The translations under genes and the position numbers were made by a program. Positions 12,601 through 24,749 of a DNA stretch of 64,000 bases are shown here, piece by piece. Source of the stretch: Balanoglossus misakiensis (Eukaryota; Animalia; Hemichordata); contig CM082576.2 of assembly GCA_040954595.2 (NCBI GenBank), positions 15,919,028 to 15,983,027 of the forward strand, given 5' to 3'. The notes below the pieces were generated by a model that worked only from the letters and a program-made list of their open reading frames with translations, did not search any database and was not told where the DNA came from. The first letter of the stretch is position 1. Each line of letters starts with the position of its first letter.

Positions 12601-13433
12601 TGTGACGAAAACAGTGTGTTTTTAGTGTTTTCTAAAAATGACCTTTTTGGGGTTAAAAAGTGCCAAAATGGCAATTTTGTCTTGGGTGGGGTCAGTCAGA
12701 CTGCTTTTTTCGTAATATCAACCAAATTTTACACAGAATAGGCGTATCATATGTCATCAGATCTTCGAATGTGACGAAAACAGTGTGTTTTTAGTGTTTT
12801 CTAAAATGACCTATTTTGGGTTAAAAAGTGCCAAAATGGCAATTTTGTCTTGGGTGGGGTCAATAAGACTGATTCTTTTGGAATCAGCACCATTTTTTAC
12901 ATAGAATGGACTTCACAAACCTTCCTTACCAATTTTTTTATTTGAAGGCACCCATCTCCTAGGGTAATAACTTGTCATCATAGTCACTAATTGGTAAGGG
13001 TACTTGGAAGTATGACGTAATGATGACGTAATTGATTATTATATCAATTTTTTGCAATAATTAGATACTTTACTCAATCAGCATTCTGTTGATATCAAAC
13101 ACATCACAGTTTTCATCAGTACAATTGCACAGAGACATGTTTTGCAAAACCTCACATTTATAGGTGAACAGAACACCATTTTCGTAAGGGTATTTTGACT
13201 TATGACGTCACTATGATGTCATGATTTGTCATATCACTTTTATTTTGTAATTAATGGAAAGCTTGTTTATTAAGCTTTCTTTTGATACCAAATACATCCC
13301 TGTTGTTCGAGGTATACGTTAAGAGAGACAGTATTTTACAAGACTAATTTACCCCCCTACGTCAATTTCTATGCACTTTTAGGCTTTCCTACATACGTTA
13401 CCCAATATAATTTAGAAGCCAATAACTCGAAAA
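9657..13433. mobile_element. Large foldback (inverted-repeat) element: arms ~9657-10992 and ~12099-13433, spacer ~1.1 kb
   Basis: TTTTCGAGTTATTGGCTTCTAAATT... pairs with ...AATTTAGAAGCCAATAACTCGAAAA. The arms are near-identical and contain ~175-bp tandem subunits. No coding capacity seen. Confidence 0.9.
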
Positions 13434-13602
13434 CGCCCCGGTGCCCAGATGGCAAACAAAGTGAATTTTACTCAGTATATGATAGGCTTTCAGAAAAACA
13501 TTGTCTCGAAAATTCCCCCGGGGGGGGGGGGGGGGTAAACCCCTACTGGCTCATAGTCTAACAGAGTTATTTCTATATCATAGATGCAAGCTTAATTTAT
13601 AA

Positions 13603-13713
13603 CATGAATTTGAATAAAATATATTTTCAAATATCACCACATGAATTTGAATAAAATATTTTTTTAAATATCACCACATGAATTTGAATAAAATCTTTTT
13701 TTAAATATCACCA
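13603..13713 (+). repeat. Minisatellite, ~37-bp unit x3
   Basis: CATGAATTTGAATAAAAT...AAATATCACCA repeated three times. Confidence 0.85.
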
Positions 13714-14327
13714 GATTGAAATCTTTGGAAGTTTGCACTTAGAGGGATGGCATGGCAGTTTTCCACTGTTCATATAACAAAGAATTTGGCGTCACGTGTA
13801 GGTTTCATGAGTGTTCGAGTTTTGCTCTTCCCAGCCTCGTACCCACAATCCTCTGATACTAACTTCAGTTCTATAGCCGCTGACCCACTGGATTCTCCTT
13901 ATATATGAATTGCCCAAATTATTTTTTGGTGTAGTTTTGATAGTTGGTGCACGGCAACTTTCGATTGATTCACGAAATTCAAAATATGTTACATCACAAA
14001 CCTCATAAAATGGAGGCTAGAGTAGCCTGTTTGTTTTCAGGTAATTTTACAATAACCTCAGGGAGGGAGGGGCGGGGGGTTAAGAAAACATACAGATTGA
14101 AATAACAAGGAAGTGGTATATCAAACCAAAACGTTCTCTCAGTCATGATTCTAGACTGTTTCCATGTCATGTGACATCCACAAAAATGTGATATTACCTT
14201 GAAAAGAGTCACGATTTCCAAAACTGGTTTGCGAATGCAATTAACCTTGGAGCAATGCATGAGTACATTCGTAAAAAGATATTGTTCCACTATTTACTGA
14301 CATCATAGAGGCTGCCAGTTATCCTAT

Positions 14328-14527
14328 TTCTTGCGCAAGAGATAGTATCTTGTGCCATGGAGATGTTTTCTCGTGTGCACAAGAAACTTGCTATCTCGTG
14401 CCGACGTGAAAATATCTCGTGCGCACGAGAAAAAATACGAGCGCACTCGTGTGCTCGAGAAAATATCACATGAACACGTAAGTCGTGCGCACGAGATAAA
14501 AAATGTGCCCTGTAGTCTTTCTTAGGA
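14328..14527. repeat. Cluster of short palindromic TCTCGTGCGCACGAGA-type repeats, probable subterminal region of a non-autonomous DNA transposon
   Basis: About 7 degenerate copies of the palindrome within 200 bp. Confidence 0.55.
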
Positions 14528-15276
14528 CATGATAGCGTGACGTCGCATTGTAATTAACGGACGATATTGTCTGTGTTGGAAATCGGACTTCCGCCTCCTT
14601 CGAACAACAACAGAGACTGACGTCGCAACAATGACAGAAAAAGTGAAGCAAATGGCCGAAAAAACGGGCAGGATCCTCGGCGTTTCCTTTTCTTATTTCC
14701 TTGCAAATATGAACGTATTTTGTAGCACACGACAAATTAAAAAACAATTAATACATAGATAAGAAAGTTCCTTCACTTGCGGTGATCTTTCACCGCCAGG
14801 CATTTGTATTCAACCTGTCCCCCATTATATATCAGTGGGAAGGGCAATGATATGATTTATTTGTGCATGGGTGAATTATCATTGTGGTAATATTGATCAT
14901 GCAGATATGATGTGGCTATTATAACAGGAAAACTTTCTTCAGAAACTTGTTTTCATTGCCTAGATTATTTTTTATCAAAAGTGATTTGATATTATTCATG
15001 TTTACATATTATGTATGTATTTATTGTTTTTTCTTGTTTTGGAATAAACTCTTTGAAATTTAACTGCTTGTTTGTAAATTTTTAGCAAGAAATATATACG
15101 CATTTGACATACAGCAAACCTATAGTAATAATCCTAATGGAAGGAGAATAAGCGCAGTGTGTGAGGACACAAAGTTTGTCAAAAAGTCATTAATTTGAAT
15201 GACTGGCAAATCCAAAATGTTTTCCACGGGCTTTATTCTGATGGACAAATAATTAAATAAATAAGTTCTTATTTAA

Positions 15277-16009
15277 AGTGGCATTGCATGAAAAGTTGTG
15301 ATTTTTGCCAAATTTACTTTTTTTTTACATAAATCGGTAGGTCTAATACTGATCCACATTCTGACAAATGCGTCTTGGCGGAAATGGTTTATAATCACCC
15401 AAAAATAGCACTTTTCTGAATAAGTTCACAGCTTAACAAATAGGTGTCAACAATGCAAATGGCTGTTTTTCTCAGTTTGCATTTTTGCTGCTCTTGACAA
15501 CTTCAGAAGAATTTAGCTTCGCTCTGCGTTGGCCGAATTTGCTCAAATTTTAACAGGGGATTGTGTATGACCCATCTAACAAAACAATTTTTTTAGTCGA
15601 TAAAGTGTCCTTGGCGGGAATAAAATCTGATTCAATACAACTCATTGTGAATTTGATCAAATTTTATAAAAAATCTAACTTGCAAACACTGTTACTCCTC
15701 AATGGAAGCAGATAACGCTAAACTAAATTTTCGTTTTTTTGCATGTGTACTCTAGTTTCGAATGACATACTGAGATGCATGATGCATGGTCAACCGTTTT
15801 ACCTAATTTCAATTGAATGACATAATATCAATAAAATGTTTTTTTAACCCCAAAACGCCATCATTTCCGGGGGTAAATGAAATGTGCAACTCAAATAAAA
15901 GTTCAAAAACTCAGCTTCCAGAATATGTATGGTTTAAAGGGGTTTTAATATTGTCTTTGAAGAGAAATAGGCCTCTGAAAAAGTCTTGACGGTATCGTGC
16001 AATACCACA
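15277..16009 (-). mobile_element. TTAA-flanked MITE (Kolobok-type), copy of 61480-62212
   Basis: TTAA|AGTGGCATTGCATG...CGTGCAATACCACA|TTAA; the body is the reverse complement of 61480-62212. Confidence 0.85.
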
Positions 16010-18960
16010 TTAAGTATTGAATTGATTTCCAAATTCTCTTCCTTTGGTGTTTCTTCTTGCGATTTATTTTGTCGTGTGCTACAAAATACGTTTATATTTG
16101 TAATGCAATGCAAGCAAAAAAAGAAAAGTAACGCATTACTGGTGAATCGGAATCCGTGGCTGAATCTGAATCTGAAATCGACATAAACTTCGAAAACAAA
16201 TATGGCGGGTAATAGGCAGTCACGATCTCGCACTTGCCATACAACGTAGTACGTCGTATTTTCTGCGGGAGTAATTTTGGCAACATTACACCTATTTGTA
16301 ATCGTTATATTTAATTATACAGGTAAATTTTGGGATTATACCTGAGGTCAACAAGAATTCTGAGGTCCGGTTCTGATGTTCTGAAACTTCAGAGGGCTCT
16401 GGGGGGCTCTGACTCAGAGGGCTCTGAAAAGTCAACTCTACCGTCTGGCAGCAGCAAAAATATGTTGTTGTTTTTTTCTCTTAGAAGCGACCTCAGTCTG
16501 AGCTGCATGAGAATAAACTGTAGGTTGGGAATACTTGGAATTTAGCGAGCTCAACAAAAAGACACGCAGTCGCTGCGGTCAACACATAGCTATTAGTTTC
16601 GGTTTTATGTTCTCTACAGCTTGGAAACCAAACTATGGTACAACTTGAAGCTACATAAACTGGAAAGCATAGTACGTGCAGAGCAGACCATGGTGACGAA
16701 AGCAGGTATTCTAGGTCGTAAGATAAAATCACGGCGCTAGAAAAACAGTCATCAAAAGTTGCACGTGTTCCCCGGCCACAAATATTGTAATTGTTGGCGC
16801 ACAGAAAGTCCAGTCGATAAACGTTTACGCTATAGAAACTCACTCTCTCAGCAAAAGTCTGACACCCTCGTCAGTGACAAAACGCAAACCGAGCTGGGTA
16901 TGATCAAGTCCAATCTGATTAAAATCAGATGTAGGGAACGGCGACTTGTTTTTTTTATGCTGTCGCCTCACACTACATTCTGACCAACTCTCAATGGAGA
17001 TCCCGCTGAACTCTCGCGTTCCGACCCGGCCAATCAGATTACGTGTTATGCCGACTAAAGAATTGCACTGGGAGATGGGAGAAATGTTGTTGTTGACTTC
17101 GAGTATCGCACAGAATACGAAAGATTGGCTTTCTCTTGTGAACAATTACATGTAATCCCATGGTATCTTTCTTTGTTTGGCGGCGTCATCGTATGCGAGT
17201 GGTTTTCGCAGAGCAGTGGAAACGTCGAGCTGTAGCCATATACAAATGATGAACTGTCGTTGATCATTTATAAACTCTACTAACAAGTCATGTTCGCCCT
17301 CGTAGTCATGCTGCCAGTCGGGAAAATGACGTACATCATGAAAAGTTTATAAAAAATAAACCAAATTTCACTGCCATGTATCCCAAAACAATTTATGTGA
17401 CAGATTTTTAAAAAGAACGCTAACTTCGGCTAAGGAATGTCAAGTCATAGCTCCGCGTTCAGGTCTGTGCGTTCCCGACGCACCACAGCCCTGCATAAGG
17501 CCCCGTAGACAAAACTGGTGCGTCTGCGGTCCGGACCCCGACGCCCGACCGCAGCTTTTTCTGTCGAAATTCGATTAAAGCAAAATCCTTTTCCTGTCAA
17601 CTTCAACCGACCCCAAATATGATGCGATTAACTTCTTTTAACGTCCGTGTAACGCCGGGAACACACAGACCTGCACGCAGAGCTAGTCAAGTCAGTGCAC
17701 TCCCGTGTATACAAACGTTCGTGGCGACAGAATCTCTCCCTGGGACGGCCTTACACAAATGTAATCGATTCTCTAACAATTTTACTGCGACCTGTTGCCA
17801 CGTCTTATACATTTCGTTGACCGGTGGAATATAGAGGTTCAGTCGTCACGCTAAACTGGCTCGAAACCATTCCCCACGCTGATTCGACTCTCGCGCCCGG
17901 GATATATGTCTGTGGTAGCTCCATGGTAACAACCGCAAGGGGCCAGGTCATGTGATTGTGGGTTGCCTATCATTTGCTATAAGGCGCCTTCTGATTGGAT
18001 TAGATTCCCAGTAATTCTCGTAGAGTTCAGCGCCAACGTGGACACAACCACTGTGTTGTCAGACACCAGCAAAGACTACAACCGGGCACGTAAGGTCGAT
18101 AACACGAACGGTTTTATTACGGACGCACTACGCCACTAGTTACAAGATGGCGGACGAGCAGAGAGAGAGAGCTACGCCACAGGCAAAGCATTGTGGGTAC
18201 TGAGGTCAAGGGTCAAACTACTAACAACTAACATAGTGGCGCAACCACTTTTCCTCTTTCCTTTTTTGAAGAAAAACAATGAACATGAGCAGAATCTGCG
18301 GAGGCACATTGTGATGCCAGGGTAAACTCAATAAAGCAGAAACTAAACAGTTTCACAAGAAGTAGACAAAGTGGCAATAACACGAAAGCATGGAAAAACT
18401 GTCCCCAAATACAAATACAAAACGTAAGTGAGCCAAAAAACTACAGGTCAGATAAATTGTTTTCTCGTAAATTCAACATTAGAATCAAATTTGGCGTTGG
18501 AAACAAACGGCGGGTCGCCAGTTCCTGGTCTGGAGGCTGGTAGAGTCACGTCTTGAAGACTGGCCCCTATTTTAATAATGGCATTGTAATGACCGGCCAA
18601 CCTTTGACCTCAGAGACCACAATGTCGAGCTATCGATCAGCTTTTCGCGTTTCAATCAAACATTGCAATCACGGGCTAAAATCACTAACTAGTTGATACC
18701 TTTTTCGGTGTTTCATCTAACCTTTGAAAGGAGTATAATAAAAATGAAATGACCGCACGTAATGTGCATTTCTTGTTCACGTGTGGGGACTATATGTGTG
18801 CGTAATGATCCAAATGCAAGGGGTTGTGTGAACAGGCCTTAAATAATGAGTTTGCGTCAAATAATGAGTTTGTGTTAAATAATAAGTTGACAAACGGCGC
18901 GAGTGCATTTTTTCATGGTTTAGAAATAACTTATTTATATGTAATTCATTATATAATATG

Positions 18961-19089
18961 AGGTTATTACGAAAATACCGCAAAGTATGCACGAGGACAT
19001 TAGCGCTGAGTATCGCCCGACGCGTAGCGGAGGGCGATGCGCTGCGCTAATGTCCGAGTGCATACGTTGCGGTATTTTCGTAATAACCT
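18961..19089. repeat. Long imperfect palindrome H1, probable end of a non-autonomous element extending to ~19415
   Basis: AGGTTATTACGAAAATACCGCAA...TTGCGGTATTTTCGTAATAACCT with cap GA-CGC-GTA-GCG-GA. Confidence 0.9.
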
Positions 19090-20053
19090 TATTATTATTC
19101 ATCTTACATCTCCGTTAGTTCTTGTGTTGCATGTTACTTGGCTTTCAAAACGCCCAAAATGCCGATAAAATCGATCGAAAACCGCTCAGTTGACTCAGTG
19201 AGCAGCCATCTTTCTTTTTTGTTTACGTGTGCGCACGTGCGTTGGAATGCGGGCGCCTTGAAACCGTTCGCATAACAGCGCATACCTGTACACGGTGAGT
19301 TTGGGGCGCCTTGAAACTAAGGCTTATTTAACGGGCGTTCCGTACGTACCGTTCCGTACGGCTTTTTATTGCACGCCAAAATCTATTGTTCTCGGCACTA
19401 GATGTATAATAATGTAAATCACTCATGATATATATATAATAGACTTGCACTTAAATTATTTATAAATCACTCATGATATATATATAATACACTTAAAAAT
19501 TTTTTATTTATAAATAATTAATTATATATAAATAATTATGTACATCACTCATGATATATATATATAATAGACTGACACTGACATTGTTTATAAATACATG
19601 TAATTTATTATATATAAATAAAAGAGCATAAAATACATTTTATGTATAATATAATTGAATCGACTTGAAATTATTTATAAATAAATTGTCAGGACTTAAA
19701 TGGTTTGCAAATCTATAATTACATACATATAAGTATGTTAAATAACGACTTTTGAACAAATAATTTAGCTAAATAATAAGTTAACACATGGCACCCCATA
19801 AACAACCAAGTAACAGTCACGGGGCTGTATTTTCCTGTGATCTGAACAGGGGTAGACCAGGTCGTCTACATCAAGTGCAGGCGCCGCTGTAAAAATGTCA
19901 AGTGGGGCCTTCGTGTGTTCACTGAACTGGTGGTCACCGAGATGCATAGTGCGCAGATCGCCATCTGCTTGTGGTTGAAGATGGGTAGCTGAGTGTGGTC
20001 CAACTGATCCGCTTGCATCCGTATTGTATGTGTAGGCCGACCTGCGTTGACAT

Positions 20054-22342
20054 TCACATTGGCAACAGCAAGCAACGGTAGTGTGACTCTGGCACTAGAC
20101 GTACAAACTCGTCCTGGAATTCTTGGATGGCTCTGTCGGATGCTGGATTCCTGTTTCGGTTTTCAGCACACCCCATTTGGACGATGAGGCTGTGCAAGCC
20201 GCCTTTTGTTGAAGTCGCAACTCTCGGAGCAGGGTCAGGTCTGATGACTGTGGGCAGGCCGTCAACTGGGTTTATCTCCTGCTTGGCGCCATCAGTGGCA
20301 AAGACAATGCCAACAATCTCTGGATCTTCTGGATGAGCAACCACACCTGTTCCCTCATGGATCTGGTGTTGAGGTACTTTCAACTGCTCGTGTGAGTACG
20401 GAGGACACCGGCCTTTGTGCTGCAGGGGTTGAACCGGACATGTGATCCCTGTAACCTTGAAAGGATCGGGCTGGACGTTGTAGCAACTGACGGTAGGATT
20501 GGGCACTTTGTCTTTATGATCTGGTGACATTCTGTCTTCATCCGGGGTAATGGTGGATGAGCAACATCCTGTTGACTGGCTGGTGTTAATGCCTGGCTGT
20601 GTGTCTGCATGAACATCACAGTCTGTTGGCGGTACGAAAACTGGAGATATTTGACTCAAGTGTTCAGTGCGTGGCATTGTTTGAGATCCACCTGTCACGG
20701 TGGGGGTATGCAAAGCTCTCCCAGACAGTCGCTTGTTGCTAGGGGGCATGTCGGCACGTGGCTCAAGGGTATACACATCAGTGATGTCCTCTAGTTCCTG
20801 TGGCAAATCCACAGCCGTGGAGCCACACACCATTCTGGACTCCTGAGGTGCTTGGGTGACGATTGTGTGGCGTATGGCATGTTGTGCCGGACCTGGTGAG
20901 CCATATGTATATGTGGACCCACTACCCAGGGTTATTTGTCGCGTGGCTGGGCACAAGCCGACGTCATTGGCGTCCATGAAAGGTATACCTGCGAGGACTT
21001 CCGCATCGAGGCTTTCAGTTACCAGTCCCTCAAACGTAAATTGCTCGTCATCACGGGTGAGAGTGAATCTGGTCTCGCCGATGACGGTGAGAGCTGAAGA
21101 CCCATCGGCCTGGCGAGCGGACTGTGAGGTTGCCTGGATAGGAACGCCGAGGGTCTTCGCAGTGGAGAGCCGTATCATGTTGCCAGTGGCACCGCTGTCG
21201 ATTGTCAGACGCACTGTGTGACGATTGTAGCACGCATCGAGGTAAGGAGACTGGCGCACTTGGACTCTGGATATAGGGGGAGGGCACACTTGCACTCTGG
21301 ATATGGAGGGACCGGCCTTCATGTCATCATCTGAAGACTCAGAGTCAAGTCGATGCATTTCGTCAGGGTCATTGTCAATGATACTCGCGATGCGACGCGC
21401 CTTGGTCATGAATCTGCGGTCTTCATCTGGCAAAAACTTGCAAATGCTGAGGAAATGGTCGTCAGGGCGCCCCGTTTGTTTACATAATGGGCAGGAACGG
21501 TACTGTCGCCGGTCTCGTTTGGGTGTGGGGGAGTCTACTACACCACCATTGGAGCGATCATCCCAAGTGTCACTATCTTTCTGAGACGTGAAGCGGTTGC
21601 GTGATGCAGCAGCTCGCATAACAGTCACCTCCTCCATAGATCTGATTTCATCTAAAAGGGACGATAAGGCCTGTGATATTTCTGGCTTGATTGAAGCAAG
21701 TGTACGTGTGCGAAGCTCAGTTCCATATCTCTGCTTCACCAATCTTGGTAGGTCTTTATGGATGAGCTGTAGCCATCGAAGGATAATGTAATTTTCCAAC
21801 GAAGGGGAGAGTTCTTCATCCTCCATTATTTTGTCTCCGTGGTGGGTGATGCTGCTGTCCTTTCGGAGGAGATTGTCTTCAGCGAAGGCAGTCAATCGCT
21901 GAAACAGGTCCTCAGGGCGTTCACCTGGCTCGAGGCGAATATCACAAAAATCAAGTAGATGGGCACCAGTCGACTGAAAACCATAATGGAGGCAAACGGT
22001 TTGCCATATGTTGTCAAGGGATGTGGACTTCTGAAGAATGGTGTTATGGGCAATGATGGGACAGAAATTAGCTATCTGTCCAAGCATGAGTTCCAATGCA
22101 GATGCTTTCTGTTGTGCAGTACGGCGTTTGGGAGTTGGAACAGGTTCCCCATCATCTGTAAATCCTCTATGAACGACAGACTTGGATTTCTTTCCCCATG
22201 TGGCGCCCTCTTCCAGGAAAGGGGAGAAATTAGTGTCCAGGGACAAAGTATAAATCAAGTTCTGGCGCCAACTCTCAAACGATGTAATAGTTTCAGACTT
22301 ACTTAAGCACCATTGCTTAGGCGCTCGCTGCACGCCCGCCAT
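20054..22342 (-). CDS. gag: Gag plus aspartic protease, with fused remnants of RT start and integrase C-terminus
   Basis: 762-aa ORF with RAPKQWCLSKSETITSFESWRQNL N-terminus, CPLC...HFLSIC knuckle and protease motif LTIDSGATGNMI. The tail NRNPASDRAIQEFQDEFVRL resembles the integrase core end. Confidence 0.85.
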   Translation of the reverse strand: MAGVQRAPKQWCLSKSETITSFESWRQNLIYTLSLDTNFSPFLEEGATWGKKSKSVVHRGFTDDGEPVPTPKRRTAQQKASALELMLGQIANFCPIIAHNTILQKSTSLDNIWQTVCLHYGFQSTGAHLLDFCDIRLEPGERPEDLFQRLTAFAEDNLLRKDSSITHHGDKIMEDEELSPSLENYIILRWLQLIHKDLPRLVKQRYGTELRTRTLASIKPEISQALSSLLDEIRSMEEVTVMRAAASRNRFTSQKDSDTWDDRSNGGVVDSPTPKRDRRQYRSCPLCKQTGRPDDHFLSICKFLPDEDRRFMTKARRIASIIDNDPDEMHRLDSESSDDDMKAGPSISRVQVCPPPISRVQVRQSPYLDACYNRHTVRLTIDSGATGNMIRLSTAKTLGVPIQATSQSARQADGSSALTVIGETRFTLTRDDEQFTFEGLVTESLDAEVLAGIPFMDANDVGLCPATRQITLGSGSTYTYGSPGPAQHAIRHTIVTQAPQESRMVCGSTAVDLPQELEDITDVYTLEPRADMPPSNKRLSGRALHTPTVTGGSQTMPRTEHLSQISPVFVPPTDCDVHADTQPGINTSQSTGCCSSTITPDEDRMSPDHKDKVPNPTVSCYNVQPDPFKVTGITCPVQPLQHKGRCPPYSHEQLKVPQHQIHEGTGVVAHPEDPEIVGIVFATDGAKQEINPVDGLPTVIRPDPAPRVATSTKGGLHSLIVQMGCAENRNRNPASDRAIQEFQDEFVRLVPESHYRCLLLPM

Positions 22343-24749
22343 GTTTAAACACTGAGGCAGGTTTTCTCGACGAAATGTGACTTCAAGTTACGTATGTGTA
22401 ACTCACTGGCTGTACACCTATGTGTGTTGAAGTCCTACTGTGACTGAATGTTCAGCAACTGGAAATTACCGTATTGTTGCCGATGACGAGGGTAGACGAT
22501 CGACGCTGCCACCACGCCAACGTGGACACAACCACTGTGTTGTCAGACACCAGCAAAGACTACAACCAGGCACGTAAGGTCGATAACACGAACGGTTTTA
22601 TTACGGACGCACTATGCCGCTAGTTACAAGATGGCGGACGAGCAGAGAGAGAGAGCTACGCCACAGGCAAAGCATTGCGGGTACTGAGGTCAAGGGTCAA
22701 GCTACTAACAACTAACATAGTGGCGCAGCGAGATCTCCATTGAGAGTTGGTCAGATGTAGTGTGAGGCGACAGCATAAAAAAAACCAAGTCGCCGTTCCC
22801 TACATCTGATTTTAATCAGATTGGATCAAGTCAAACATAGGGCCAATCCCCACTCTGTGTTTTATTATTTTCCACATACGATGGTTCTAAATAAAAATGT
22901 ACCTATTTGAAATGCTTACCGACGTAAGATCATTGAAAGTTTTCAAACGTTGATGACAAATGTATAACTGATTTTTTACAAATGAATAATCGCGCACTTG
23001 CATGTTATTTTCTCTATACCAGACACCGCGCGCGCGCCGTTGGCAAAAAAACGCAGAAAGTATTGGGCATGCGCAGTCGATACTTCACATTGTAAACAAG
23101 ATGGCGTCGCTGTCTATGCTTCTGGACCGCTGTCGCCCGACTATGTCGGCAAAGAAGAGACGAATTTAACCATGCAACGCCATATCGGAAGATAGAATGA
23201 TCGCGAGATGAAACCGGGCTATCCAACGATTAGGCAGCCATGTTGACTGATTGGTATGTCGCCGAAGTAATTATTTGCCATTGATTTGTTTACCAGAAAC
23301 GGTTTGCCTTTGGAACACATTTGACCTCACCGAAATTGATTTCAGAGGTTTTTCCCAAGAACTAATGACGTTCGTTTTCACCTGAGTCCGAGGATGGATT
23401 GAAGTGACACAAGCTTTTGTAGCCACCAATATTTTGACACTCTTTATATCAATGTTGAGCTGGCATATTTGCTCCAATATGATGTAGTGTACCTGTTGCA
23501 TTGAAATGAAGCTGTAATAATATTACAGTGCAATCAAGTTCTTTGGGTTAATAGGAAAACGAGGCCAATAAATGACAGGTTTATTTAAATACAGGATATA
23601 TTTCTCACAAGCACTTATGCATATGTATGAGATACTTATTTATTTTTAATTAATTTATTTATTTTGAATTTATTTTGTACGTTCAGGTAATCATATGGAT
23701 TTGTATGGAATCACATACACATTAATTGAAGACTATCATATCACAGAAGTCGAGCCGCCAGATGTGTAAGGTAACCATTTAGGTTTCATGACTAAGTTTG
23801 TTTAAGAATTCATAAAGCACGAATTCTACCCAATGAATGAATTGCCTTAAAATTTCACAACTGTGACAGAGTTTGCAGTTGTGCGAAAAAGTGTGTTTTA
23901 TTCACATAAGAATTTTTTCGTATGCATTTTTCTGATGGCAATGCATTTGACTGTAAACAAATATGGATGCCAGTTAGGAGTGCTATTTTGTCAGTGAAAT
24001 GGCTTCATCATCATCCCTCTAACCAAAGTTGAAACTGAGTTGCAAATATTGCACAGCTTGAAATCATAAAATGTTGCAAAACTGAACCAACAGTTTGGTC
24101 AACGATTATGTTCTTACAGCTATTATTAGAACCAGACAGTCTCAGCAAACAAGAGACATGGGCCTGATTTGCAAGTCGAGTTAGAACTGCCTTTGCCTGC
24201 CCACGGACGCCCCAGTTTAAGCAAAAATTATTGCATTAAAATGTGAGTATGGAGAACTATTCTCTGTGTTCCTTTTGTTAGCTTACATAGCTGTTGTCAT
24301 TCTAGTTTTTCCTCTGTCCTGTGAGCAGAGTTTCAGTTCCGAAAACCGACAGTTCTCAAAGTACAAAAGTACACCTAAATTGCCTCGGTTATGAACATGC
24401 AGAATTTATCTGATGCTTCTTACTGGCAGAAGGACCCCACCAGTTGCAGATTGTCAATTCCATGGCACAAGGGAATTTACGCTTTGCGTTCAAATATAAA
24501 TAATTAAATCCTGTAAAAATTATTCTATATGTTATTTATTGATGATTCAAAAGTGTTATGACTGATTGTGTTAGAGTACCTGTATTCCATATAAGCATGC
24601 TGTCAGTGCACATCCGATTGATAACAATTTCACATTTTTAAAAATTTGCTTCTCTGAATAATTATGAATACATAAAACTTCATATGATATAAATTGTCCT
24701 GATATCGTAAACATTAAGGCCTAATGCTAGTGTCACAACATTGATTACC

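Larger units (their letters stand above)
18031..22725 (-). mobile_element. Gypsy-superfamily LTR retrotransposon with CG...CG LTR termini and 3-bp TSD (Troyka-like), internally deleted
   Basis: 211-bp LTRs at 18031-18241 and 22515-22725 (5 mismatches by eye), both CGCCA...TGGCG. TSD CAG. PBS TGGTGGCAGCG directly after the 5' LTR. Purine tract AAAAAAGGAAAGAGGAAAAG before the 3' LTR. Confidence 0.88.
16911..22823. mobile_element. Non-autonomous TIR DNA transposon (~105-bp TIRs, TSD GATCAAGTC; Mutator-like if 9 bp) hosting the LTR element in its right TIR
   Basis: CAATCTGATTAAAATCAGATGTAGGG... is inverted at 22726-22823. GATCAAGTC occurs at 16902-16910 and 22824-22832. TSD length is ambiguous (5/7/9) because its ends are self-complementary. 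Confidence 0.8.

Noticed and set aside
10521-12625. Duplicated small ORFs (MFYSHHFTHRIDFPY...) as a gene pair
   Set aside because: They arise from the inverted arms of the foldback and have no coding signature.
3529-13433. Regular repeats as a CRISPR array
   Set aside because: Units are 170-180 bp tandem copies without unique spacers; no cas genes; eukaryotic context.
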